Both the position numbers and the translations under genes were made by a program. 64,000 bases of DNA from the human T2T-CHM13v2.0 reference genome, Homo sapiens, in assembly GCF_009914755.1 (NCBI RefSeq), contig NC_060947.1. One strand, written 5' to 3'. Position 1 is the stretch's first letter. Every line of letters begins with the position of its first letter. The notes beneath the pieces were generated by a model that worked only from the letters and a program-made list of their open reading frames with translations, made no database searches and was not told the origin of the DNA. This document shows positions 45,643 through 59,658 of this stretch, piece after piece.

Positions 45643-48600
45643 TAAGACTTCCAGTATTATGTTAAATAGAAGTGGTGAAAGCGGGCATCCTTCTGCTCTT
45701 CCTCTTCTCAGGAGAAATGTTTTAAACGTTTCCCCATTCAGTATAAGGTTAGCTGTGGGTTTGTCATTGATAACTTTACTACTTTGATGTATGCCTCTTC
45801 CATGCTAATTTTGTTGAGGCTTTTTATCAAACAGGATGCTGGATTTTACAAAAGGCTTTTTCTGCATCTGTTAAGATAAACATATAATTTTTGTTTTTAA
45901 TTCAATTTATGTGATGTATTACATTTATTGACTTGCATATATTAAAACATACCTGTATCCCTGGTATGAAACCCACTTGATCATCCTGTATTGTCTTTTT
46001 TATATGCTGTTGGATTCAATTAGCTAGTATTTTGTTGAGAATTTCTACATCTTTTTCATCAGGGATGTTGGTCTGTAGTTTTCTTTTTTTGTTATGTCCT
46101 TTCCTGTTTTTGACATTAAGGTGATGCTAGCTTCATAGAATAATTGAGGGAGAATTCCTGCTTTCTCTCTATCAGTTGGAATAATTGCAGTAGGATTAGT
46201 ACCAGTTCTTCTTTTAATGTCTCATACAATTCAGCTGGGAATCCATCTGGTCCTGGATTTTTGTTGTTGTTGTTGGCAATTTTTTTCTATTACTGGTTCA
46301 ATCTTGCTACTTACTTTTGGTCTGTTCAAAGTTGCTATTTCTTCCTGATTTAATCTAAGAGGGTTGTATATTTCCAGGAATTTATTTAACTTCTCTAGAC
46401 TACAAATAGTTTGAGAGTGTAATGGTATTCATAGCAGCCTTGAATGGTCTTTTGTATTTCTAAAGTATTGGTTGTAATATCTCTCATTTCATTTCTAATT
46501 GAGCTTGCTTGCATCTTCTCTCTCCTTTTCTTGGTTAATCTTGCTAATGGTCTATCAATTTTGTTTATCTTTTCAAAAAACTGGCTTTTTATTTATCTTT
46601 TGTAGTATTTGTTTCAATTTCATTTCATTCTGCTCAGATCTTTTTTTTTTTTTTACTTCTGCTGGGTTTAACTTTAGTTTGTTCTTTTTTCTCTAGTTCT
46701 TTGAGTTGTGAACTCAGATTGTATATTTGTGCTCTTTCAGACTTTTTCATGTAGGCATTTAGTGGCATGTCCTTTCCTCTTAGCACTGTTTCTGCTGTAT
46801 CCCCAAAGTTTTAATAAGTTGTGTCACTATTTTCATTCAGTTCACAGAATTTTTTAATTCACATTTTGATTTCCTTATTAACCCCAAAATCATTCAAAAC
46901 AAGATTATTTAGTTTCCATGTATATGTATAGTTTTGAGGATTCCTTTTAATTTTCAGTTTTATTCCACTGTGGGCTTAGAAAATATTTGATATGATATTG
47001 ATTTTCTTAAATTTATTAAGACTTTCTTTGCCTATCACCTGGTCTATCTTGGAAAATGTTCCATGTGCTGAAGAGAAGAATGTATATTCTGCAGTTGTTG
47101 GGTAGATGTTCTGCAAATATCTTTTAAGTTCATTTGTTTTAACGTGTAGTTTAAATCCATTGTTTTTTGTTGATATTCTATCTTGATGACCTGTCTAGTG
47201 CTGTCAGTAAGGTATTAAATTATCCCAATATTATTGTGTTGCCATGTATCTCATTTCTTAGGTCTAGCAGTAATTATTTTATGAATTTGGAAGCGTCAGT
47301 GTTAGGTGCATATATATTTAATATTGTAATATCTTTCTGTTGGACTAATTCTTTTATCATTATATAATGTCCTCTTGTTTGCTGTTGCTGTTTAAAGTCT
47401 GTTTGGCTTACATAATAAAAGTTATTCTTGTTTTCTTTTGGTTTCCATTTGCATGAAATATCTTTTTTTACCCCTTTACTGTAAGTTTATGTGAGTCCTT
47501 ATATGTTAGATGAGTCTCTTGAAGACAGCACATACTCGATTGATGGATTCTCATCCATTCTGCCATTCTGTATCTTTTAAGTGGAGTGTTTAGGTCATTG
47601 TCATTCAATGTTAGTATTGAGATGTGAAACACTGTTCTATTTATTATGTTATTATTGTGTACATACCTTGTTTTTTTTTTTATTGTGTTACTGTTTTATA
47701 ATTCCTGTAAGATTTATGCACTAAGGAGGTTCTACTTTGCTGGATTTTGAGGTTTTGTTCCAAGATTTAGAATTCCTTTTCTCATATTTTGCAAATTCTC
47801 TCAACATTTGTTTGTCTGAAAAAAAAATGTATAACCCCTTTTTATTTATGAGGCTCAGTTTTGCTAGATACGAAATTATTGATTGGCAATTATTTTGTTT
47901 AAGGAGGCTAAAGACAGAACCCCAATCCCTTCTGGCTTTTAAGGTTTCTGCTGATAAATATACTATTAATCTGACAGGGATTTTTAATAGGTTGCCCGAT
48001 GCTTTTGTCTCACAGATCTTAAGATTCTTTTCTTCATCTTGACTTTAGATAAACTGATGACTGTGTGATTGATGATGATCATTTTGGGTTGAGTTTCAAA
48101 GGAGTTCTTTGAGCTTCTTGTATTTAGATGTCTAGATCTTTAGCAAGGCCATGGAAGATTTCCTCAATTATTCCCTCAACTAAGTTATACAAATTTTCAA
48201 ATGTCTCTTCTTTCTCAGAAACACCAATTATTCTTAAGTTTGGCTCTTTAACATAATTCCATATTTCTTGGAGACTTTGTTAAATTTTTATTATTTTTTC
48301 TTTGACTTTGTCTAATTGGGTTAACTTGAAAGCCTTGTCTTCTAGAGCTGAAGGTATTTCTTCTACTTCTTCTAGCCTATTGTTGAAACTTTCTACTGCA
48401 TTTTGTATTTCCCTAAGTGTACTTTTTATTTCCAGAAGTTATGATAGTTTTTTATCTTTATATATATTCCTCTGGAAAATTTTTCATCTATAGCCTGTAT
48501 TTTTTTAACTTGATTTTCACCTTTTCCTGATATCTCCTTTAGTTGTTTCATAATCAACCTTCTGAATTATTTATCTGGCACTTCAGAGATATCTTCTTGG

Positions 48601-51600
48601 TTTGGATCCATTGCTGGGGAGCTAGTGTGAAATTTTCAGGGTGTTAAAGAACAGTATTTCTTTCGTATTACCAAAATTACTTTTCTGGTTTATTTTTTCA
48701 TTTGGGTAGAATATTTCTTCAAATTGTTTTTGAATTTATTTTTAATTGGACTATGTTTTTTAATTTATTTATTTTTCTTCCTTAAGGATCAGACTTTAAT
48801 GTTTATTTTAGCCTAATTTGATTATTGGTGCTTGTAGAGGTGAAGACTCTGTTTAAGCTTCTTAGTTATAGAGTCTTTGTGTGCTGGCTTTCCCTGATGC
48901 TGGTTATAGTAGTTATGTGCTTGGTGTATGGGTGAGTTTATTGTCTCCTATGGAATTGCAGTTCCTGCAGTGGCAGGAATCTCTTGAAGATTATCTCATT
49001 CTCTCATGATGTGCATTCATTTATTTGTTTAATTTTTCCCCAGTATTTTATTCACTGAGTTGATTATTCAGGTTTCAGGTTTAAAGGTGAGATATCCCTG
49101 GGTAGGTATTGGCTGTAGCTAGGGAAAGTGGATAGATGTAACACCTAATGGTGGGCTGATGTCCCGCCCTTGTTGAGATTGGCTGGAGGAGTTTTCAATC
49201 AGATGTGCTGAGGTTTTCTCAAGGCGAAGAGTTGCAGCTACCTCAGCTCCCTGCCAGGTCAGCAGTAAAGCTATTCACCTCACAGCCTCACTCCTGACTC
49301 AGTGTTTAAGCTCTTCAGGTCAGACAGGCACATTTTTTACGTATAGAAATATTGATGTTCCAAGTAGGGAAGAACTATAACTCTGCCCCTTTTGCAAGCA
49401 TGAGTCTGGGGAGTGCTCCTTCTGTGGGGCTTCATTCATCCTTGATTGTTACAAGAAGGCTGCCTATAGGTGCCTCCATACTGCATTCCTGTGGAGAATT
49501 CCAGCTGTTTTGTGATGGATTTTTGCCAAGGTGAAACAAGGACTCCTTCTCCAAGGCCTTTCATAATTACAGAGGCTTCTATCCTGTTGAGGTCGAGGTG
49601 CAGACTTTCCCTACTGCACTGCCCAGCACAATTGTGTCTCTGCTGTTAGAAACTACCCACCAGTGGAAAGATCTGAAACTCCAGGCCTGCCATTCAGATT
49701 CCTTTGTCCCATGGGTTGATTCCTTTATTTGGTGCTCTCTCTGTTCCTCCAGTAAAAGAGCTTCCTCAGAGCTGGACTTCAGTGATTATTATTCCTCTTC
49801 TGGGTCTAGTCACTCCATGGAGCTACCAGGCTCCAGGCCAGTTCTGGGGAATGTCTTCAAGGAGTCCAGTGATGTGACCAGCATTTAGTTCTCCCAGCTG
49901 TGAATGCCAGCACCTGGTTTGATGGAGGTGGCAGGGGAATGCTGTAGAGTGTGTGTGATTTCTTGGTTGTAGGTATGTTTAGTGTGCTGGCTTTCTCAAA
50001 TGCTGGTTATGCTAGAAGTGAAGTTGTCACATGGGTGGACTCAGGACCACTGGTTAGACAAGATATTGTAGGCAATAAAATTAGCTGGAGTTTTCTCCTT
50101 CCTGGGAAAAATGTTATTCTCTCATGAGTTGCTGTAATGTCCTTAGTTGGTTGGCCTCTAGCCAGAGGTAGTGCTTTGAACAGAGCACCAGCTGTGGTAA
50201 TAACAGTGGGACTTGAGCTTGCCCTAAGTAAGCCAAAAAGTATTCTGGTTTCTCAGGCAATGGTTGGGACCATAAAGCTCCTAAGAATTTATATATTTTG
50301 TGTTAAGCTACCAAGATGGGCAGATAAATACTATCAGGTGGTGGCAAGGTTAGACAGGTCTGAGCGCAGAAACCCTGGGCAAGGCTTGCTGCATCCACTG
50401 TAGGGGGTGAGGAGGCTGGTTCTCAGGCCAATGGGGTTATGTTCCAGAGGGGAGTCTGGCTGTCTCTGCTGTGCAGTAGTTTGCTGGGGGAGTGGGGATT
50501 AGCTAGTAGTGAGAGTCCTCACCTAGCTCTCATACAGTTTTTGAGGCTGGTCTTGATCTTGCAGTGCCCCACTAACAGTACCAAGTCTAGAACCAGGCAG
50601 CCTGTGCAAAAACTCAGACCTATCACAGGCCATAAGCTTCCCCACTGAAAAAGCAAACAAGGCTTTCAGACGATGACCCTCCCCATCTGCCCGCAATGCC
50701 AGATGCCCAGCTCCTGTGCTCATATTTGCAGCAGTTTTCATTTGTTTCCCAGATTCTGGTCAAGGGAGTTTGTTTCCACTCAAAATTATCACACAACTCA
50801 CTTGGGCAGTTCTTTCACCCTGAGGTCCCTCCCTAAGTTTGCTGGCTGCCTTCTCCAAGGGCTCCTGTGACATATAGTCAGAAATGGCCTCCCTGGGCTC
50901 AAGCTGGAGACTGGGAATGCCTACAAGGTTCTCACTGCTGCTTGTACTTTTATATTTCACACCATTCCCTAAATCCATTCCAGCTCTACATAAAGTTAAA
51001 GTATCTTCCCATGATCTGGATTTTCAGATTTTCCCAGTGGGAATGTGTCTTTCAGGGGATGCCTTTCCCTCTGTCATTCTGGGAACTCACAATTTTATGG
51101 CTGTCCTACAAAGTTTGCTGTGGCATGTTACTTCTTTCAAAAGGTCTGTGAATTCTTTCAGTTTCCTCTGGTAAGTTTCTGTGGTGGTTCATGGAACACA
51201 ACTTAACAGTGTGAATTTCCACACAGTGTTCTTTTCTTCCAAGTAGGAGAGGCATGCTAGCACTGCATCTTATTCACCATCTTGGGAAAAAAAAGAAAAA
51301 AAACTAATTGTGTATTTTTAAAAAGCTTAAAGAATATAATTGGCTTCTTTGTAACACAAAGGATAGATGCTTGAGGTGATGGATACTCTATTTATTCTGA
51401 TGTGGTTATTATGCATTGTATGCCTGTATCAAACTATTCCATGTAACCCCTAAATATATATATGCCCATTTTGTACCCAAAAACATTTTTAAAATATTTT
51501 AAAATAAATTATTTTCTAAAGAATTAACTAAAATCTTTTAGAACTAATAAATGAGTTTATGGAGACTAGAAATAGAAGATCACTATACAAAACTCAATTG

Positions 51601-51757
51601 TATTTCTATACAGTATCAATGAGAAAACCAATAATTAAATGAAGAAAATAATTTCATTATAATCACTTCAAAAGGAAAAAAATATTTAAAGATAATTTTA
51701 ACAAAGGCAATGCAAATTATGTACCCTGAAAACTGCAAGACACTGTTGAAAACAAAA

Positions 51758-52046
<289 letters not shown>

Positions 52047-52682
52047 AAAATAAATTTTAGAAAGAGCTACATCAATAGAAAAACATCTCATGCCCATTGG
52101 TTAGAAAACTGTATTGCTAAAACAGCAATGCTCCCCAAATTCATGTACAGATTTGAGGCAATTGTTATGGGAAATGCAGGTGACTTAGTTGCAGAAATTA
52201 AAAAGCTGGTTCTAAAATTTATACATAAATGCAAAGGACCCAATATTACCAAAACAATCTTGAAAAAGAACAATGTGGAAAAACTTACACTTCCAGGTTT
52301 CAAAATTACAAAATTTACTGCATATCTGAACATGTATAGATTTCAAGGCCTGGGTAATCAAGACTGTGTGGTACTGGCATAAGAACAGACGTACAGATTA
52401 ATGTAATAGAACTGAGAGACCAGGAGTAAATCTTCACCATTGTATTCAGTTGATTTTAGACAAAGGTACCAATAAAATTAAAGGAGAAAAAAATCATCTT
52501 TCAACAAACAGTGCTGTGACAACTGGGTAACGGCATGTTAAAAAATGAAGTTGTACTCCTAGCTTACATACAAAATTAACTGAAAATGCATTTACAACCT
52601 AGATGTAAGAACTAAAACCATAAAACTTAAAAGAAAACACGAATATAAATGTTTATAACCTAGAATTGAGCATTGGTTTCTT

Positions 52683-52768
52683 TTATTATTATTATTATTG
52701 TTAACTTTTCTAGCTGCATAGTAGCTGTATATATTTATGTGTTACAGGAGATATTTTGACACAGGCAT
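52683..52768 (-). mobile_element. Very short L1MA 3'-end insertion
   Basis: (TTA)n tail plus catagtagctgtatatatttatg...gatattttgacacaggcat; TSD gcattg(g/c)tttctt on both sides. Confidence 0.75.
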
Positions 52769-53499
52769 GCATTGCTTTCTTAGCTATGACACCCATTTGC
52801 AAGAAACAAAAAAAAAGTAGTTAAACTGGAAGTCACCAACATTTTAAAAATATTGTTCTTCAAAATATATCATCAATAAAGTGAAAAGACATCTTCCAGA
52901 ATGGGAGATAATGCCACAAATCCTATATCTCATGTGAAACTTGTCTCTAGAATATAGAATGTACTACTATGTTCTATATTTTTTTAAGAAAACAGAAACC
53001 TAACTTTTAAATAGGCAAAAGGTCTTATTAAACAGTTTTACAATGTAGATATACAACATAGCTAATTAGCACATGGAAATAGTACAATATCATTAGCCAC
53101 AAGAAAACATAACTCCATACCATAGTAACATACCACTTCACATTCACTAGAATGATTAAAATAAAGAAAAGAAATAATAAGTCTTTCGAGGATCCGGAAA
53201 AATAGCAACCTTCATATAGTTCTGGTGAAAATATACAATGTTGCAGCCCCTTTGGAAAGCAGCTTGGCAGTTCCTTAAGTGGTTGAACATAGAGCTATCT
53301 TTTGACCCAGCAATTTCACTCCTACTATGTACCTAAGAGAATTAAAAACATATGCTTACACACATGTGCTTGTGCACAAATGTTTATAGCAGTATTACTT
53401 ATAATAGATAAACATTAGAAGTAATCCAAATGTCCTTCAATTTATGAAGATATAAAACCATAAAATAATGGAAAGTTATTCAGTCATAAAAAGAAATGA

Positions 53500-53820
53500 G
53501 GCCAGGCATGGTGGCTCACGCCTGTAATCCCAGCACTTTGGGAAGCCAAGGCGAGTGGATAATGAGGTCAGGAGATCGAGACCATCCTGGCTAACAAGGT
53601 GAAATCCTGTCTCTACTAAAAATACAAAAAAATTAGCCAGGCTTGGTGGCGGGCACCCGTAGTCCCAGCTACTCAGGAGGCTCAGGCAGGATAATGGCAT
53701 GAACCTCGGAGGTAGAGCTTGCAGTGAGCCCAGATCATGCCACTGCACTCCAGCCTGGGTGACAGAGTGAGACTCCATCTCAAAAAAAAAAAAAAGAAAA
53801 AGAAAAAGAAAAGAAAAGAA
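53500..53820 (+). mobile_element. AluY-type SINE
   Basis: gaggtcaggagatcgagaccatcctggctaac, aatggcatgaacc and gcttgcagtgag diagnostics; perfect TSD aaaaagaaatga at 53488-53499 and 53821-53832. Confidence 0.95.
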
Positions 53821-54809
53821 AAAAAGAAATGAAGTACTGATCCATGCTAGAACATGGATAAATCTTGGAAACATTGTACTGAGTGAAAGAAGCCAGTTAC
53901 AAAATGCCACATATTGTGCAATATGCAAAACTCAGTATTATACTTTCCATTTATATGAACTTTCCAGAATAGGTCAGTCTATAGAGACAGAAAGATTAGT
54001 AATTGACCACTGTTGAGCGAGGTGGAAATGGAGAGTGACTATCAAAGAGCAAAGGGTTTATTTTGGGAGTGAGGAAATATTGTAAAATTAACTGTGGCTG
54101 TGTTCATACAACTCTGTAAATATACTAAAAAAACAGAACTGTATATTTTTAAAGGTTGAATTCTTTGAATCATATCTCAATACAGCTGTTGTTAAAATGT
54201 GGGGGAGGAGTTGAATAAATATAGCATATTCACTCAATCAAATATTATGCTAGCATTAAAAATTATAATATGGATGTCTGCACATTTACAGAAAAATGTT
54301 AATGTGTAGATAAGTGAAAAATGTTATAAATCTGCATATATGGTATATAAGTTTGAATGGGTATATACACTTAGAATGTTCTAGAAGAATATATACCAAA
54401 ACCTTGAGTGATTATTTCTTAATGGGAAATTACTGGTGATTTTTGCTTCTTTTTTTTATGCATTGTCTGAATGTTTGCAATGATATCTATTTGAATAATC
54501 ATGAAAATAAAAACTTGCAATTAAAGTGTTTAACATACAATTCAAAGTAGAGGAAATACAAATCTCTATGAGTTCCTGAAAATAAGTTTAATGTCTTTGG
54601 TATTTTAATTAATATAAATTAAGGCAAGATACTTTTTATCTATTAAACTAGCAAACATCACCAGCAGTGATTATTCACAATGCTGGTAAGGGTATGGAAA
54701 AAGCAGGATTTATGCATAACTAAAGTAATCTTAAATTGGAGCAAACATCCTGGAATATAATTTGGCATTATGAATCAAGGGCCTTAAAAATATACCTCAG
54801 ATTCAGTGA

Positions 54810-55065
54810 TAACGGTAATAGCAAACACTGTGACAGAGCACTTACTATGTGATAGACACTAAGAATTTTTCATATATTATCTCATTTAATTCTAAAATTT
54901 GTCCTGTAATATAGTTGAGATTATTATCTCTATCTTATACATGAGGAAATTGAGGTATCAGTGAACTCTCTAAATTCCCCCAAGTTACACCCTTGTAAAG
55001 TAGTGGAATTACAATGAAGACTTAAAACATTCTGTTTTCACAGTGCATGCCATTAACACTCTGGT
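54810..55065 (-). mobile_element. MIR SINE
   Basis: agagcacttactatgtg...ttatctcatttaattct...atcttatacatgaggaaattgagg. Confidence 0.7.
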
Positions 55066-55072
55066 ATACTAT

Positions 55073-56456
55073 TGAGAGGTGACAGCATGCTGACAGCACT
55101 CACTTGCTCTCAGTGTCTCCTTGGCCTCGGTGCCCACTCTGGCTGTGCTTGAGGAGCCCTTCAGCCCACCGCTGCACTGTGGGAGCCCCTCTCTGGGCTG
55201 GCCGAGGCCGGAGCCAGCTCACTCTGCTTGCGGGGAGGTGTGGAGGGAGAGGTGCGGGTGGGAACTGAGGTTGCACATGGTGCTCGTGGGCCAGCGTGAG
55301 TTCTGGGTAGGTGTGGGCTCTGTGAGCCCCGCACTCTGAGTGGCTGGCCAGTTCCACTGGCCTCGGGCAGTGAGGGGTTTAGCACCCAGCCCAGCAGCTG
55401 TGGACGGGGTGCCGGGTCCCCCAGCACTGCCAGCCTGCCCATGCAGTGCTCGAATTCTTGCCTGGCCTCAGCCACCTCCCCACAGGGAAGGGCTTGGAAC
55501 CTGCAGCCTGCCATGCCCGAGCCCCCCCAGTGGTGGGCTCCCAAGCGGCCCGAGCCTCCCTGACAGGCACCGCCCCCTGCTCCACAGCACCCACTCGCAT
55601 CCACTGCCCAAAGGCTGAGGAGTGCAGGCACACAACGCTGGACTGGCAGGCAGCTCCACCCACAGCCCTGGCACAGGATCCATTAGGCGAAGCCAGCTGG
55701 GCTCCTGAGTCAGGTGGGGACTTGGAGAACTTTTACGTCTAGCCCAAGGTTTGTAAACACACCAATCAGCACCCTGTGTCTAGCTCAAGGTTTGTAAACA
55801 CGCCAATCAGTGCTGTGTCTAGCTAATCTAGTGGGGACTTGGAGAACTTTTGTGTCTAGCTAAAGGTTTGTAAAGGCACCAATCAGCACTCTGTCAAAAT
55901 GGACCAATCAGCTCTCTTTAAAACGGACCAATCAGCTCTCTGTAAAATGGACCAATCAGCAGGATGTCGGTGGGGCCAGATAAGGAAATAAAAGCAGGCT
56001 GCCCAAGCCAGCAGCGGCAACCCGCTCGGGTCACCTTCCATACTGTGGAAGCTTTGTTCTTTTGCTCTTTGCAATAAATCTTGCTGCTGCTCACGATTTG
56101 GGTCCGCACTGCCTTTATGAGCTGTAACACTCACCACGAAGGTCTGCAGCTTCACTCCTGAGGCCAGCGAGACCACAAACCCACTGGGAGGAATGAACAA
56201 CTCTGGATGGGAGGAACGAACAACTCCAGATGTGCCACCTTAAGAGCTGTAACACTCATCACAAAGGTCTGCAGCTTCACTCTTGAAGCCAGCAAGACCA
56301 CAAACCCACCAGAAGGAAGAAACTTTGAACACGTCTGAACGTCAGAAGGAACAAACTCCAGACACACCATCTTTAAGAACTGTAACACTCACTGCGAGGA
56401 TCTGCGGCTTCATTCTTGAAGTCAGTGAGACCAAGAACCCATCAATTCCCGACACA
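55073..56456 (+). mobile_element. LTR12 (HERV9) solo LTR, LTR12C/D-like
   Basis: tgagaggtgacagc...aattcccgacaca termini, 4-bp TSD ctat (55069-55072, 56457-56460), GC-rich U3, CCAAT repeats, and U5 tandem repeats (ctgtaacactca x3). Confidence 0.95.
55760..56080 (+). promoter_or_regulatory. LTR12 enhancer/promoter: six CCAAT (NF-Y) boxes, GATA site, TATA-like AATAAAA and LTR polyA signal
   Basis: CCAAT at 55762, 55803, 55879, 55904, 55928 and 55952; GATAA 55979-55983; AATAAAA 55987-55993; AATAAA 56073-56078. Activity is not shown by sequence. Confidence 0.7.
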
Positions 56457-57445
56457 CTATTATGCCCTCTCTCCTTTTCTGGAAATCAGTTTTAAAAAAT
56501 GATCAGAAATGTGCATGAAGCTTAACCCATAAAGATGTTCTTCACGGAATGATATGTAACAGTGTGAAAAAAAGAAACCACTTAACTATCCATTATTAGG
56601 AGAATAGTTAGAATTGTGTCACATCAATACTATGAAAGTTAATTTTGAAATGTTAGTAATATGAGAAAATGGTATAATTCTAAACAAAGAAAGCAAGTTA
56701 CAGAATTAAAGTATTGTATATAAATTATGAAAAAAAAAATCCATCAAAATGAGAATGAAAGGTCAAAATCCTGACAGGGATTACCTCTACCTAGTGGGAT
56801 AATAGTTGACTTTTCCACAACATTCCATTTTTCTGTGCTTTATGAAACTTCCTTAATGAACACACATTTATTTGAAAATGAAAAACAATAAATAATGAAC
56901 AAAAAAATGAAACAAACAAGTCCAGATATAGGGATGGGTGAACATGGGACATGCAGCAACAGGATTGTTGGGACTAGTGGTGGCCATGGCCTTTGCTTTT
57001 ATAGCCATAGGAAGACAGTCAAAGGAAAGAGTGACTGCCCCGTGAGACCCTCAGCAGTAACATACTTTAAAGGGAAAGATTAAGCTTATTAAAGTTTAAG
57101 CTGAGTAAAGTTTTTCCCTCTTTGTATCTATTGAGGGAAAACGTGAGACAGAGATGAAGAAAGAGAGATATTGCAGAGAGCTTCACAGTCTGTCCCCCAG
57201 AGTTGAGGACTCCTCGGGCCCATTTAACTCAAACTCAACCTTTCCTTCAAAGCAGCTCTTAGTAGTTTCTACCTCAGTAGGAAAATATTTTTTTAATTGC
57301 TTGGTAATTGAGAGAGCTAATATTGCCAGAAAGAGAAATAAAATTAGTGTTTTCATAGCTATGTACCATGTCCACATTTTTCAAAGTGACAGGATGCCAA
57401 AAGATTGATCAAGCCAAGGATAAATAAGAGAACAACTTATTACCA

Positions 57446-57763
<318 letters not shown>

Positions 57764-57812
57764 TCAGGATTGCTATATATATATATATCACAAATTAATT
57801 ATAACAATTTAA

Positions 57813-57974
57813 TTAAAAACAAATAAATCTTAAAATTTTAAAGAAGTAGAAACAAACTTTTGATATGTCTCTGTGATCTATATCCATCTATCTAACACAA
57901 TATAGATATAGATCACAGAGGCATGGAAAGTTATCTTACACTTCTTTGAAGTTTTAAAATTTATTTGTTTTCAA
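57813..57974. repeat. Imperfect inverted repeat with ~70-bp arms and ~20-nt spacer
   Basis: Left arm aaaacaaataaatcttaaaattttaaagaagt...atgtctctgtgatctatatc versus reverse complement of the right arm aaaacaaataaattttaaaacttcaaagaagt...atgcctctgtgatctatatc. Confidence 0.9.
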
Positions 57975-58034
57975 CATTTTAACATTTGTTTTTTACTCAA
58001 ATGACAGCACTTCATATGTGCTGCTCTGAATCTT

Positions 58035-59045
58035 GCTTTTTAATTGTGGTAAATATATATAACAAAATTTAACAATTTATCCTTGTTTAAGTGTACAGTT
58101 CAGTGGCATTAAGTACATACATATTATTGTACCATTGTAACAACTATCTCTAGAAATCTTTTTAACTTTTATTTTTAGTTCAGGAGTAAAAGTGCAAGTT
58201 TACTACATAGGTAAACTTGTGTCATAGGGATTCGTTGTGCAGATTATTTCATCACCTAGGTATTAAGCCTAATACCCATTAGTTATTTTCCTGATTCTCT
58301 CCTTCCTTTCACCTTCCACCCTCTGAAAGGCCTCAGTGTGCATTGCTCCCTTATATGTGTCCATGTGTTCTCATCATTTGGCTCCCACCATCCCAAAAGG
58401 AAACCTGTACCCATTAAAGAATAACTCTCCATTCTCCCCATGCCCATCCCCTGGCAAGCATCATTCTATGTTCTCTTTCTACTAATCTGACTAGGTACCA
58501 CACATACATGGGATCATACATGATTTGTTCTTTGCTGACTAACTTATTTCATTTAAGATAATGTTCTCAAGGTTTAGTCATCTTGTCACATGTGTCAAAC
58601 TTTCCTTCCTTTATACAGCTGAAAAATATTCCATTGTAATTCTACACTATATTTTGTTTATTCCATTTATTTGCTGATGGACAAATTATTTTCATCTTTT
58701 GGATAGTGTGAACAATGTTGTATGAACATTGTTGAGAAAGAATATGCTTGAGTTCATGCTACCAATTCCATTGAATGTATAACTGGAAATAGAAATTATA
58801 TGGTAATTTTGTGTTTAAATTTTTGAAGATCACCATACTGTTTTCCATAGTGGCTGCCACATTTAACATTCCCACCAGTAATTCACTAGAATTTCCAATT
58901 TGTCCACATCCACAAGGAAACATATAATTTCCCTTTTTGAAAAATAATAGCTATCATAATGAATATGAAGTAGCAGCTTGTAGTTTTTATTTCCACCTCC
59001 CGAATGACTTATGATGATAAGAAGCTTTCATGTGCTTTTTTCTCT
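58035..59045 (-). mobile_element. L1MB/MA 3' region with a nested short L1PA13-like 3' end (~58160-58388)
   Basis: taagtgtacagttcagtggcattaagtacat; nested tttactacataggtaaacttgtgtcatagg...gtgtccatgtgttctcatcattt. Confidence 0.75.
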
Positions 59046-59658
59046 TTCTAAATCTTTTTTAAATTATTGTTTTTTAATGTTTTAAGTCTGATTAGCTTTA
59101 GGGATACAAGTAATTTTTGGTTACATAGATTAATTGTGTAGTGGAGAACTCTGGCCTTTTAGTGTACCAATTACAAGAAGAGTGTACACTGTAACAAATA
59201 GATGAGTTTTCACTTTTATTTCCCTCCTATTCTCCCCCTTCTGAGTTTCCAATATCCATTATACCACTCTGTATGCCTTTGGATACCCATAGCTGAGTTT
59301 TCACTTATAAGTGAGAACATGTGGCATTTGGTTTTTCATTCCTGAGTTACTTCACTTGGGATAATTATTTCTAGTTTAACCTGAGTTGCTGCAAAATATA
59401 TTATTTATTATTTTTATGGATGAGTAGTATTCTATATATATACACACATATATATACACGTATATGCGCACACACACACACACTATACTAGTTTACATTC
59501 CCACCAGCAGTGTAGAAGTGTTCCCTTTCATAGCATCCACATCAACATCTATTATTTTTTGATTTTGTGATTATAGACATTCTTGCAGGAGTAAGGTGGT
59601 ATTGAATTGTGGTTTTGATTTGCATTTCCCCAATTATTTGTGATGTTGAGCATTTTTC

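Noticed and set aside
55725-56400. Regularly spaced repeats resembling a CRISPR-like array
   Set aside because: These are the normal U3 and U5 tandem repeats of LTR12, without unique spacers, in eukaryotic DNA.
55100-56495. Cluster of overlapping GC-rich ORFs / CpG-island-like gene start
   Set aside because: Fully explained by the LTR12 sequence; no recognisable protein motifs.
56880-57440. Short ORFs or possible exon in apparently unique sequence
   Set aside because: No recognisable homology or convincing splice structure can be established from sequence alone.
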